Shown here: piece after piece, positions 11,276 to 25,400 of the stretch | Numbering within the stretch: the stretch's first letter is position 1 | Layout: each line of letters starts with the position of its first letter | Assembly (NCBI GenBank): GCA_976226885.1 | Contig: OZ320315.1 | Span: forward strand, 56,234,001-56,298,000 | DNA length: 64,000 nt | Reading direction: 5' to 3' | DNA from: Iphione sp. A-MEVVRFRX5 | Lineage: Eukaryota | The notes under the pieces: generated by a model | The model's database searches: none | The model's input: the letters and a program-made list of their open reading frames with translations, nothing else | Told to the model about the DNA's origin: nothing | Translations under genes and position numbers: made by a program

Positions 11276-13732
11276 AAGCCACACAGTCATTTAGGGATGG
11301 TAGAAGATGTACGTTTACGCTTTTGTTCCCTTTCTTACGACTGACATATTTACCAGAACAATCCAGGTTCCATCATCACGAGTAGTATGTCATGACACAT
11401 TACTCTTCTTTCTAGGACATGTAGATGGATGAATTTCGTAATATCTATTGTACAATATCGTTGAACCTAGTATCTCAAGAAAAACCTCTTTTACGAGTTG
11501 CCAGACGAGAGCATTTAAATTAGTTTACCCCTACGTGTCCCTTACTTCATAGGAAACAGGTCCACAAGGTTTGGACGGTAACAGTGGATGGAAGATCAGC
11601 AGGTGGCACACACCCTTGAATTCTCTTGCCTGGGGCCAAAGGGACAGCCAGAAGGCAGATTTGTTTTTTTCTACAAGATTTTCATCCTCGGATGCACCTG
11701 TTGTGACCAGTAGGCCACAAGTATTTTTAAGCTCTAAGAGATATTGCAGTCTTATACTCGAGCCTATGGAACGTAAACATGTTTACGTGTTCGTGTGTGT
11801 ACATGTTTATGTCCATATATTCAGTAGAGTGGCTTAGCATTTGACAAGAATCGTTCCAGTCGAAGTGTTAATTTCGCGTTGTCTGAAAGTAGGGGTAAGC
11901 TGCGGAAGTGTCCAGCAATAAAACAGTGTTTCCGTGAAATTGTTGAAGAAGAGTAGTTCCTTAACCATGCGAAGTCACTGAGAACCTGTTTAGAGAACAC
12001 CTCTTGTTTTCTTTCGCGTCAGTTAAATTTTTGAAAGTGGGGGAATCAGGAGATTGTATTCGCGAATCCTGGGTAGACATTTTGTTACAGTGTTGTAGTA
12101 TAGGGTATGTCTCTGGCTGGAGTATATTGCAATTCATTAGGTATTTGCTATTGCACATATATGTGACTTCTGATTCGTGTTCTGACTCATCTTCTGGTTC
12201 TGACTCATCAAGGGTCTTATGCAATTTTTGTGCTAAGAGTAAGTTTATTTTGCAATCTTGCAGTTACGTTTAGAACCAGGCTTTGATTAAAAGGGCCACG
12301 TTTTCCTGAATAAAGCAGTTATTCTCTCACTGTACCTCAAGAGGGTTGTAAGTCCTGCATTTGGAGTGAACCAGATATTCTGCTTAGACATTCTTCTGAC
12401 TAGACTTTATTCATTCCTACAGGATTACATCTGAGACCTGCACATGTTATAGTGTAATGGTTTTTTCGTAAAAATTAATGTGCTGTCTAGTGTCTTTTCA
12501 AAAAGCCACACAGTCATTTAGGGATGGTAGAAGATGTACGTTTACGCTTTTGTTCCCTTTCTTACGACTGACATATTTACCAGAACAATCCAGGTTCCAT
12601 CATCACGAGTAGTATGTCATGACACATTACTCTTCTTTCTAGGACATGTAGATGGATGAATTTCGTAATATCTATTGTACAATATCGTTGAACCTAGTAT
12701 CTCAAGAAAAACCTCTTTTACGAGTTGCCAGACGAGAGCATTTAAATTAGTTTACCCCTACGTGTCCCTTACTTCATAGGAAACAGGTCCACAAGGTTTG
12801 GACGGTAACAGTGGATGGAAGATCAGCAGGTGGCACACACCCTTGAATTCTCTTGCCTGGGGCCAAAGGGACAGCCAGAAGGCAGATTTGTTTTTTTCTA
12901 CAAGATTTTCATCCTCGGATGCACCTGTTGTGACCAGTAGGCCACAAGTATTTTTAAGCTCTAAGAGATATTGCAGTCTTATACTCGAGCCTATGGAACG
13001 TAAACATGTTTACGTGTTCGTGTGTGTACATGTTTATGTCCATATATTCAGTAGAGTGGCTTAGCATTTGACAAGAATCGTTCCAGTCGAAGTGTTAATT
13101 TCGCGTTGTCTGAAAGTAGGGGTAAGCTGCGGAAGTGTCCAGCAATAAAACAGTGTTTCCGTGAAATTGTTGAAGAAGAGTAGTTCCTTAACCATGCGAA
13201 GTCACTGAGAACCTGTTTAGAGAACACCTCTTGTTTTCTTTCGCGTCAGTTAAATTTTTGAAAGTGGGGGAATCAGGAGATTGTATTCGCGAATCCTGGG
13301 TAGACATTTTGTTACAGTGTTGTAGTATAGGGTATGTCTCTGGCTGGAGTATATTGCAATTCATTAGGTATTTGCTATTGCACATATATGTGACTTCTGA
13401 TTCGTGTTCTGACTCATCTTCTGGTTCTGACTCATCAAGGGTCTTATGCAATTTTTGTGCTAAGAGTAAGTTTATTTTGCAATCTTGCAGTTACGTTTAG
13501 AACCAGGCTTTGATTAAAAGGGCCACGTTTTCCTGAATAAAGCAGTTATTCTCTCACTGTACCTCAAGAGGGTTGTAAGTCCTGCATTTGGAGTGAACCA
13601 GATATTCTGCTTAGACATTCTTCTGACTAGACTTTATTCATTCCTACAGGATTACATCTGAGACCTGCACATGTTATAGTGTAATGGTTTTTTCGTAAAA
13701 ATTAATGTGCTGTCTAGTGTCTTTTCAAAAAG
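11276..13732. repeat. Tandem duplication, 2 x 1227 bp, AAG junction microhomology
   Basis: Identical ORF translations offset by exactly 1227 nt; no differences seen. Confidence 0.95.
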
Positions 13733-16289
13733 TATTTTTTCTTTGTCTCTGAACATCACGACATACACTTTAGAATTTCTATCGACGTATGAAAGCAGGC
13801 AGACGCTATAGAAATTAAATTCCTTTCTTAACATAAATATATGTGTGTATTATGTACAACCTTTCAGTCATTTTCCCGACATGACATAGACATACATGTA
13901 TACGTGTATTGAACCTCAACGTTTTATTCCGGAGACAGAGGAACCGGTTAATACGGCGTATATACACATCAGGAAAATTAGAGACTAATTGATCACGGCA
14001 TATTTTCCCGTTGAAAAAGATATAATAGTTGGGGTTTTTGAAAGTAACACAAACGCCCCGAAACAGGGCACCTACAATTGTGAAAGAATGAGTACATAAT
14101 TTTGACCGCTTGATACCCGGTACGCAAATTTACCAGCCAACTTCTGTCTCCAGGTGGTTTGGTGTAAAAATCGGCTTTGATCTCACCAAGCCGCTAACGA
14201 CCTATTCCGAAGAAGCTCTGAGATTGAGAGGCGCGAAAAGTTATACAGCACTGGCTCCCCCGGGCGTCGTCGGCAGACAGGAGACTACGCACAGCCATGC
14301 CTCTGTCTGTGTAGCTTGCCTGTGGATCAGTGTGCACGTGCGTGATTGCCAATTCTGTTAGGGCGCTCATCATGTGTGTGGCGCTGAGGTTAGGCACATC
14401 AAGCCTTCGCGGTGGGCTCTTTTCCATTATAACTGATCACCATCGTGACGAGCTGGGCCAGCTTAACAACCCTTAGACGCCACAGATAACACAGGGCGCC
14501 TCTGGCGGCGGCCCTCATCACCACGTCCGCTATAGGAGGAGATGGTGCAAGGGGGTGGCTTGATACCGCTTCCTCATCTCTAGTCGTCTTAGTCAAAGCA
14601 GAGCTCGAGCCAGAGTTACTGGGCGACCGCAGCCAAGATCCGGGTGTCTATCTCTTGTATCATTACCTCGCTCTGCCCAGGGCGGTCTGCTGGCATTCTG
14701 TCCTGACTACGTTGAGCGTTAGTGGCTGCCATTAAGGACCGTGGTATTTTCCTCTTTTCGCTGACTGAGCCGATCGCCTGGCTGGCCGAGCGAGCGGGAG
14801 TCGGCACACAAGAAAAGGTTTCGCTGTGATCTACGGTCGAGTCATCGATCCGTTGGGGTCGGAGTACAAGAGCCACTGCTACGATCGGACGCCGAACACG
14901 CGTCGTTGACGAAAATTGCATTTTATCAGCAATGATCGAACCCGTTGCAAAGACTAATTCTATTTTCGTGATCTATACGTCTTATAATTAGATCGAGTTG
15001 ACTTTAGAATTAAATGCTGCCATGGTTCGAACACTCCGCTTTAAGGCACTCGCCGGAAGTGTCCCAAACAGCCCCACGAAAGAGCAGACGACGAAGTCTG
15101 CCGCGAGCAAAACGAACACTCTGATTGGAAGGAAAGCTGTAGACAACAGCTGCCCGCAGGACCCATGGGGAGCAAGGCGGTCTATGGGTGCATTGTAAAC
15201 GTCTGGTGAAGGGACGAGGGAGCCGTGGTTCTGACATCCGACCGCATGCGTGCCACACAGCACTACATGGACACGGCATGTGGAAGGCAAGGGCACACTG
15301 GAACTAGAGGCACCTATTGTATGCTGACAACGCTGGTCCTCTTTCTCTTTGCCGCTCGATGGCAAACTCTGGCTCTTTTACTGCAGGTAACGACTTGCGC
15401 CATTGACAGATCTTTGGTTCTTAAGGAGTCTCACTCAGAGGTGTGGTCCTCTCGCCACCAAACGGTGGATGCTCACTTGTCAGATTGCACATTTATCGGT
15501 TCAACTAGCTTCGCCTCAACATAGCTTGGCATCAGGGAGTGATTATCCATCGATCAACTTGAATTAAGAGGTATGTTAAAGAAACTTGACATTATACATA
15601 CCGATCCGAGGTGGAATATCATCCCCACATGACACACATGGTTTTGTGATGAAATCAGGCTACTTTTATGGGTGTAGCGTAAGGCTATGTCAGGCAGTTG
15701 TCTGAGAGAACTGGCTGTTTTGCATAATGAGAGTAATGTGAGGCAAATCTTCATGAAAGCAATATATTATTGTATAGAGGTTGGATACCTCCATAGAACA
15801 ATCAAGATATTGGCTCCGTTTCAACGGCTACTAATTCAGTACCTGTACGCTGTGCTACTTAACGAACAAATTGCACAGCATGCTCAAGTAATGCGGCGGA
15901 CAAGTAGTTCACAGATCATTGCTTGATGTCCAACGAATGTCTACACACCTGTGGGCACACCTGAGGATCTCCGTACGGTACTCTGTCAGTAAACAAGCGC
16001 TCCATCTCCCACGAACCTCCAGCGTCGTTGTCCACACATCTGGAAACGAACGTGACGCTTTGGGCTATTGGTTAGGAAGCTGTTCAGCCACACGAGGCTG
16101 GCCTCTTGCCTATGGTTGATGACGAGTTACGCCACTGCTAACACCGGAATCGGCGTCACCGTGGTTGGCCGTGCGCCTACCTGTCTGCGCTGGCTGTCAG
16201 CTCCCAGGTCTCCACTCGCCGCGGCAGGAGGAGGCTGGCGGTGAGAACCCCATCGAGTCGCTCGCCCAGGCTAAACAAGGATATTTGGG

Positions 16290-16418
16290 ATGCCGCTCGT
16301 CGGGCAACCGGACATGTCCAGCGTGTTCGGAGATGCACAACTACTGACTCAGACAATCATCTACTACTCCATTGTACTATTTGGGTTCCTCATCGCCGTT
16401 CCGCTTGGGGTCACAACG
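16290..16418 (+). CDS. TMEM179: TMEM179 exon 1 (MPLVGQPDMSSVFGDAQLLTQTIIYYSIVLFGFLIAVPLGVTT); alternative in-frame ATG at 16314
   Basis: /gtaagt donor, phase 0, TM1; lies in a CpG-rich region. Confidence 0.85.
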
Positions 16419-16451
16419 GTAAGTTATAGTTGAAGTTGCTTAGTATTTAAC

Positions 16452-16491
<40 letters not shown>

Positions 16492-19400
16492 GAGAGAGAG
16501 AGGGGGGGAGAGACAGACAGACAGACAGGTAGACAGATCGACAGAATGAAAGAAGTACAGGATTGGAGAAACAAATAAGGAGTAGAATTAACCTGGATAA
16601 CCTTACAAGTCAGAGCTCAGGTATGCATCGTACTATAAGATTCGAGACATTTACTTGCAATATTTATTATGCCGGTAACTGAGCTCCATTTGTACATAAG
16701 CTGTGCTTTCATACCATATTGAAAGTTCCGGTCAAGTTTTAATCATCAGCGACATTTAAGTAGGGTCCTGATAGAAAAGACCACAATTTGGTCGTCAGAA
16801 ATTACAGACGACCGATAGAAAATTGCCGACAGAGCTACAGTTACGTATCACTGATTTTGGATTTAAGCTTTAAAAAAATAATGATATAATTTTATTTAAA
16901 ACGGGTAATCTTGATGATAATACCCTGAGATTTAGAGTATGTTGTCAACCAAAACATCTTTGATTAACACCCGACTACATGACAACCCCAGATCGAAGCA
17001 TTTTGAGCAATATCGCAATTCAAATATGTTACGTGGAATGTAGGAAACTATATTACACAGGATGTCTGTATCTACGTATATATGAAATTTAATGGCAATG
17101 CAATAACACGCGATCACTTTATGACTTGTAGCCTACGGGCGTTCCTGCGTGGTATAGGCCCAATGGGTTTATGGTTTACACTAGCCATAGCCACCGGAAC
17201 TTCCGGTCTAAGTGACAAAAGAGGGTAGCCGCGACGACAGATTCTCATGATCACGATCTAGGCAACACAACGCGCCTAAATGTATATCCAAAGGGACCTG
17301 CTCTCAGGGATTTACTCGTGTACGTATGAGCCATAAACATGCTTTTCTAACGTTCTGAGGCAGTGAACAATATACAGATGTTGATATATGTGGTGATGGC
17401 GGCGCATGCCTCTGAACACCGAGGGACAGTAACGCTACTCGATGTTCTATAACATGCAGCTCACGCGCTAGGTACATGCACTTCAGGGATAAAGTGATAC
17501 TAATGTATCTATAAAGACACGGGGCGCTGCGTTTTAAAGGGTCGAAACTGTACCTCAATTCAAACGGTACCGTATGTCCCTTTGAGCACCTACAAATCCA
17601 CAATCAACATACTGCAAAATGGTATACTGTACATGCACTTTCATGAGACATCTACTAATGTATAGGCAGCTGTATACACGTATATATGTTCATGTATTTG
17701 AAATAAAGATTTGCCTACTCGAAGGAAAGTTATCCTCCCTTATCTTGTCTTACCATATGTTGTAGAGCGTCTAAGTGGAAACCCTACTGAAATAGAATAA
17801 CGAAGTATGCATTTAACAAAGTCGTACACACGAAACCAAATAGATCTAATATAATACAAGACATTAGTATAAGGGAATACATTTTGCTTAATCACTATAA
17901 ACTAGAAGGAATAAGAGAATGAGAGAACATCAAGATGATGCGTCTCATATGGCCTATTGCAATAACCATAGTAAAAGATGATGACGAACTTCATATACTA
18001 GAACTGTTGCACTAGGTTGAAGGTAAAGGACTGGGCGATGGCAGAATTCATTAGGTCCTAGCCAGGTATATTTCCTTCATTTCAGAAAGGGAACTATTCC
18101 CATAACTGTTCTCTGATCAAAATACACCTGGGAGTTGGCACGGCAGATCCACATTGGACTCGTGTCAATCACTTCCTATTAGCAGACTTTTCCCTGACAG
18201 TAGTTATCAGTGCATTCTAGCACCAGAACTCTGACTCTGCTGCGCTGCCAACCGACATCAAAGGTACAGCTGAAAAAAGTACCTGTTTATTCACCTAGGC
18301 AGCAACACGATCCGCTTTAGGCCGTCAGAAATTTGACGCTGGTATGGGCGTCGTTATTTACGAATGTCATTCAGTACGTCCCAGAGTCATGTCACTGCTA
18401 CTGACAGATTCTCTTTCACTTTGGCCAGCAAGGAAAACGCATCCTATCCCTACTTATGTTTTATTCAGGAATATGATGCCTGTGTAAAAGGAGAAAAATC
18501 ATATACGTGTACATGTACATGCTGCATGTTACTCTAGAAGCAGAGAGAGACCACACTGGTAGTTGCTGTCGGGGGGTGAGATGCAACCAGTGAAGCATGC
18601 ACAATTATCAGTTATGAGGCACGGTATTTGATTATAGATTAGCGAGTATGTGACAAGAAAGGTACACATAAAACATCTTGACTGATAGCTTCGCAATCTT
18701 ACTGATAACGGCGTAACAGTAATTATAGGCAATTACCCTTCTATGTGTCGAGATAGGTATGTTATTCATTACCCCACCATGAAGTAAACAAACAGCAATG
18801 TTTATACTGATGGTGAAGAGCATCAATAATATGTACTTTTAGGGGGTTTGATAGAGTATTACTGAGGAGAATCCAATGATTACACCTGCAGGAAACTCTG
18901 GTCCTAAGCTTAATTGACTGCTTGCTGTTGCAGCTGTAGCTCTGCCCATTGTAAAACATCTTAGTTTCAAGAATAGACAAGCTGAAGGTCATCTAGGTCT
19001 AGGTCGACACTCATCTGTCCTGCAAATTATAAACGACTATTTACATTAATAATGAAGACACAGGGGGAGACCAACCCTAGACCAAAATCCTCCAGTAAAA
19101 AGATAGGTCTCCAAGTAGAGTTTCAACTTTATAGGTATCTCTTGTTTCAATGCTAGACATCTTTGTCTATGGTTCGTGTTCCCACCCGTTTTGATAACTG
19201 CACTCTCATTGACCAGCCCGACTGTCATGCCACAAAAAGCTAATGGTGAATTGGGTGTAACCCAGAATTGTGGCGAAGTGTTGTCTGATGTGGCCTGCGC
19301 GTTGATTGTGTGCTTGCTCCCAAGAAATGTGCGTATGTACTACCTCGTGTATTCAACTATTAGTGTGTGCGAGCGAAAATTGTTTTCGCCGGGGTAACAC

Positions 19401-22400
19401 CGTTCACAAAAGACCTAATCATGAGCACGCACAACTTTCATTTGGAGCATGTCAATTCATATTAACGATTATTCGTGCCCGCCTGCAACTGTGGCAAAAT
19501 GGGAGGGCAGCAGATAACGTTAGGATCTTAACGCCTTATTATTCCAGGTCCAATACCCTGCCTACAGTATAACGCCTGCTTTCATTACCGAAATAAGGTG
19601 CAAAGAGGAGAATCCACGAAAAATGTCGTGTACAAAATATTATCTCATACCTGTACATGTATATGCGAACTACAATCCAAGTTGATATTGAATACCAGTG
19701 CCCCCTCGCACTGCGACTAAACCAACAACCTCCCCAATAAGGCCATTTTTAAGGAAAAGAATTACAAACATGTACCTAAATACCCCTCTTCAATAAGACC
19801 AACCCTATTCAGACCAGTTGAGGTCAGAACCAAAGGTGGTCCTATTAGTGAGGTGACAGTGTACTCAATAAGGCTTTTATTTTTTGGAGAAACCTTGATA
19901 AAAGCATCCTTTTTATGGTTCTGTCCTTATTTTAAAAAACTGCTATTTATTTGTGAAGGTTCCATATTCGGCATGCATCATATAATTCAGCATTCGAAAA
20001 TGGGGTTTTATGCTTATTAGTACCGAATTCCGCTGAGCACATAGATGCTTAATGGGTCAGAGAACATTCACTGTGGATCCACAAAAGGCTTAGGCGAGGA
20101 TCAAATGGCCCACGACCTGCCTTCGATCGGTAAACATTAGTCTCGCCGATGGGTTGGGTTCATAACAAGCTTTCTCATGGGATTAATCAATGGCAGTCGA
20201 ACAGAGTGTCACTACGACCACCAGAACAATCCACCAGCTACTTCCTGCCGACAGACGTTTGTGATGGGGTCAGGGAGTAATCATCCAAAGATGCTTTGCT
20301 TGCCCGCATGTGAGCTCAAGCCAACTACTAGACGTGGACTATAGAAACTGGATCCACAGTTCCCAGTGAAACCCTGTGGTCGATTTAAGGCCGTCGCTTG
20401 GTGGTGGTGGTGGTGGTGGACTGAGTAGACACGACAGAGCGGCACCACTTGACGGGCGACAGGTCTTTTGTCGTTAGAGTGAGATGCAGAACGTGCTTAG
20501 GTCCAACGATGGTGAATTTTTTTATGGCTAACGGACGGTCGCTCTAGCCATGGAGGCTCCACGATCAGGGTTCACGTGGCTAGCTTAATGCAGACACCAC
20601 ACGGGCCATTTATTCCGGTGGGCCTCGTTCAAGACGGATGATACGCTGGTTTTTAGGCATATGGTTCCATACGTCTTCGCAAGGAGGCAGGCCTCCGGCA
20701 GATACGTGCGATCAGTGAAGAAGGACTTTGCAGAAAACGGAAAGAAACAAGTATTGCCCAGACGCCATGACGTATGGCCACCCAGCGGCATCCCCGTACA
20801 AGTTTTAATATCAAGGGGGAGCTGGTAAAACAAACAATCCAACTTCATTTAAATCAACTAACAAACGATAAAAAAATATTACGAAAAAACGACAACATAA
20901 TCCATTTCTAACAGACTCAAGCGGGATTATCCTGTAGGGTAAATTGGGTTACTTTGTCGTTCTGAGTAATGGTCCCCGTGAGGCAACAGTCACAAGCAAT
21001 TATGCTCTCGCTTGTAACATAATTGGCTCGCTGTGGGGTTCTCCCATATCGATAAAAGCACGGTAGATTAAACGGACTTCTACGGTATACCGCTAACTAT
21101 GAGCTTTATTACTGGAGATGACTCACTGACTTATTTCTGGCTTCATACCCAGGGCATACTATTATAATGAATTTTGTTGCAAGTATCTCTACTTTGAGAA
21201 AGACAATTACGCTTGAAGAAGTTGGGTCTCCGAATACCTAACGTATCATAGAGGGTGATATATACATGAGCTTATGCATCTAATAAATGATAGCACCACC
21301 CACACTGAAATTCCTTTCCCATGATGGTGTAGCTAGACAAGGGCATGGTTGCATTCATGTTACAGGAGGAGGGTGATAAGTTTACTTTCCATTCTAGCCA
21401 GCGGTTATCACGGGTATGGATTACACTAGAATTGATATGTATGAATTAAATAACGCCCCTTCTGTTGATCACTGCATTGTGTTACTCTGTTTATTTCCCC
21501 TTTCATAAGGCTTAACGAAAATTATTCGTGGTAAACGCTGGAAATAATAGTTTGGTAAAGAGTTATTTCGTTTTTTTTGTATTATGTAGAGAGCGCCTGC
21601 AGACACCTCGAAGGACTGCATATTTGGTTCTACTGCTCAGATTTGAATGAAACAAAGTTCACACAAAGGATAAGGCCCTAAGGAAGACAGTGAGCCATTG
21701 CATCTCTCTCTCCCTTATAGATGAAGGTACGCCTGTTTAAATTTTTTGCAAAACCTATTAGGACAAAAATCATGGGCAGTCAGGTTACTGGAAACAGCCA
21801 TACATATATCTTTTGTGTAGGCCTAAGATGTGCACTTACGTGCGAAGCGTTACGATGTAATCACTTGGGAGAGATGATTCTCTAACAGCTGTAGTGTGAT
21901 TCCCAGCGATAAAGAACACTTTACAGGTATCACTGAAGTCGTCGCAACTATCATAACTTGTGTAACACAGTTAAGGGTGACTTAAAATATGTATGTTATG
22001 CATGCATTTTACCTTTTGTTTTCATAGCATTTTGTCCCATACAAATTTCAGGACAAAATGAATTGTTCAACACCAAATTAAAAGTCCATCTGCTATCAAC
22101 CTGGACGTTGTTTGCGCCAAAACGAAAGGCAGACGACACATTGATAATGGGTAGGACATGTTTCAATCCAGCCATTTCAAATGATTATTGCTAGGAGTGT
22201 AGCGAAGTACAATCTGCTAAGTGCATCCAAAAAAACTGCCACATTATATATATTCAGGGCTAGCTGGGCCTTGGGCCATAGAGTATACTATTCGTAATAT
22301 CTATTCTAATATAGAGTGTGGTGGGAGCTATTGACAAACATCCATGTCTAGGATGTGATAATTACGCCAGGCTGATTAGTTAAGTATAGACGTTTCTTTC

Positions 22401-25400
22401 ATTTTCTTCACTTCGTTGTTATGTTTGTTATGAAAAATAGATTGGTACAGAATTCCTGCATGTCTACAAGTACAGCAGATTGAAATAATTTATGGGATGT
22501 TACGGTAGCTGGGCCTGTTTATATAACCTCCGACCTTACGGTCTATTGGCACTTGATGAGAGACCCTACTTTTTGGGACATTACGAATAACTCCCCAGTC
22601 ATTCCATCAGTCCAAAGAAAACCCGAGCAGTGCTTCTGCACTTCAAGGTTAATGTGCCTAAAATTAAGAAGTGATATATCAAGCTGACGACAAATTTCGT
22701 GAGGGCTGCTTGAAAGAGCAGAAACAGCAACTAGTTTGTTTTGCAGAGATGGGAGCTGTAGCTGTTGGAAGTGGTAGAATCTGCATAGTCTGCGAGTGAC
22801 TCTCTTTAGTTTGAGTGCTGAACGTGTCTAGACTAGTATATCATTATTTTATATTCCTTAGGCTTCTTCTACATTTCCACGCCATATACTGTGCACTATG
22901 AATTTAAGTATAGGCCTACTTGTGGCTGGTTGTTACACTTACCGTTCCTTTGTGAGCACACACACTGCAGGTACAACATATAACAGGTAGGCCTACAAGC
23001 TGCTGAAAATATTAGAGAATTACATAAATCATCCGACAGCCGGCGAGCGAGGGACTTCCTTTTTGACCATTGCAACTGCTTTCACCGAAATTGACACTAA
23101 TACCATCACCTAAAAACAGCATAATTGATTGCTGTCCAGCAAAAACAAAGCTAAAGGACTGGATGTCAACCTGCGTCGGTTGGAGCATCCTTTGCGGCGA
23201 CCACGGCTTCTTCTGATTCAGCATGGTTCTCTCTAGCCCAGTGGTGGCCATCCGTGCGTGCCCAAAGTCCAAACCATAGCTCTGGTAGACTAGCTCTGGC
23301 TTTTTCCAGGCGTTATGAATTCGGGTTTAGTGGACCAAAGCAATTGAACAAAATATTAATGGGGGAAATCGCCGAATATTCGGAAGGCTAGAATTCGCTG
23401 GGCTTCGTATGTGAGCCGGCCTGAAGGATGAGCGAACGACCTGCTGAAGAAGCAAGAAGCGAAGCGATTTGCATCCCAATCGACTGAGAGACCGTGGCTT
23501 GGAGCGTTCACTCTGCTACTGATAATGATCAATTACTGCCACGTGCTGCCGGTGGTAAATACCTTAACGGTAGATAAAACACGGCAGCGGGAGCAGGATG
23601 CATAGTTTCAGTTCACGATATGCAGGAGACAGTGTGATAATGCAATGTGTGACCATTGGAGTGGATGTAATAGCAGCCCGCTCTAAATGTCATCTGTCAG
23701 CCCCGCCTTAGACGGAGCCAAACGCGATGTGAAATGTGAAGACTGAAAGGACCGAAGCGAAGTGGCCAAAAAAGGAAATGCCCGGAATAAGCGGGCCGAT
23801 TTATCGATGCATGTCAACGTAGTCCTTCTTCTCACAGCACTAAGGCGCTTGGGAAAGCATTAAAATCAGGGTATGTAGCTATGAATCATCTGCGGAGAAA
23901 TGAAACATATATACTGACAAGTACATGTATTGTAGCTTCAGGACACTGTCAAATCCCTTGCCATCTATAAAATGGCCAAATATTCATATTGTTGTGGAGT
24001 TCTATTGCCTGCTAGCACTGATGACACATCGACAGAATGTACATATCCAGAAAGAAGATCTCAATATGTCTCCTTTCCTTTTAAAATACGTCAGCGGCAG
24101 ATCCTGAAAGGAATCTATTTAATAGCAAAATATAATATCCGAATCAAAGTATAATTTATCAACGTTGAACTGACGGCTATTACTGTGGTTTTGATTCCAC
24201 CAGGAAGAGCGTGGTTAATTTATCCTAAAATTGAAATGGGAAACAAGCATCCAACCGAAGAATTTGAGCCTTATTAGGCACCGGTGCCTTTATTTTAAAA
24301 TGCCTTCCTCTCTGAGGAAAAAGCACCGGCCGGGTTTTAGAGAGCGGAACCTCTCCCGAGAAGCCAGGCTCCAAAATGCTGCAGTTGTTATTTTTTTTTA
24401 TCAAGACTGTATTAAGCTTCCTAGCCTTCACGCTTTACACAGTTAATAGACACCTTTAGAGCGAACCTTAAAAAACGAAGTAGGCTGTGCCTTTGTGCGC
24501 TGTTGAGAGGGGCGGGTGGCAAACAGGAACGGCTTTTTATTGACTGGTTGTCGCTAATAATATTGTCAGCGTGTCTCCGTTCCCTTCCGTAGAAGCCTTG
24601 ATTTTTGACGAACTGTTCCGTTCGCGACGGCAATGGTCCCACAATAGACACCCTGTTAGTCGGAAACTATTTTGTTTTTTTTTCGTTTAGAAGCAAGCAA
24701 CTGCAGTTAAATAAGGCAAGCACTGTATTTCGGTCGCTTAAATGTCACTGGTGGAACCAAAATACCTAAAAAAATAGGAGTAAAAAGTAAGGATGATTAA
24801 GAGAGGAGGAAGCAGTAGGTGGTTGTGAGTGAGCGAAGGACAAAGGGAGGGAGAGCGAAGTAGAGATAGACAATGTATACATGTGTCCCGAGCGTATCTC
24901 TGTCCTACTATAGCATATCTAAATACAGTAAAATGCCACCTTGCACACGGACCACAAATTGGAAACGATCAGCTAACGGACAAATTGGTTCAAGAACATA
25001 CTTCAATATATCCCAGTTAATACACAGTCAAATTCCGGACATGGCCACTTTGTGAATAGTTTCGGGGCAGACTCCACCCGTGTCAAGAATGTGTCATTTG
25101 ACTATGCACTGCCTGTTTCTCACATTTAATTATGCTATCATCACTTACCCAAAGGACAAGACATCCCATAACATGTTATCTCCTAGTTAATATAATAGAA
25201 AAACGTGTGTAAAGTGGCTAGTGATAAGCATTTTACATACACACATAAATAATGTATAGACTTCCGCCACTGCGCGTACCCTGTTCAAAATACAACGGAC
25301 AAATGACAAGCAATGATGATCTAGCATCTGCATGAAGAAGAATGCTTAAACTGTAGAGTATTTCAAACAGCACTAAAAGCTAACATGACGAGGGCTAGAG

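Noticed and set aside
18086-22990. Alternative candidates for TMEM179 exon 2 (~18086, ~22862)
   Set aside because: In-frame stop or wrong phase; the true exon with FxGxCxLY is at 38158.
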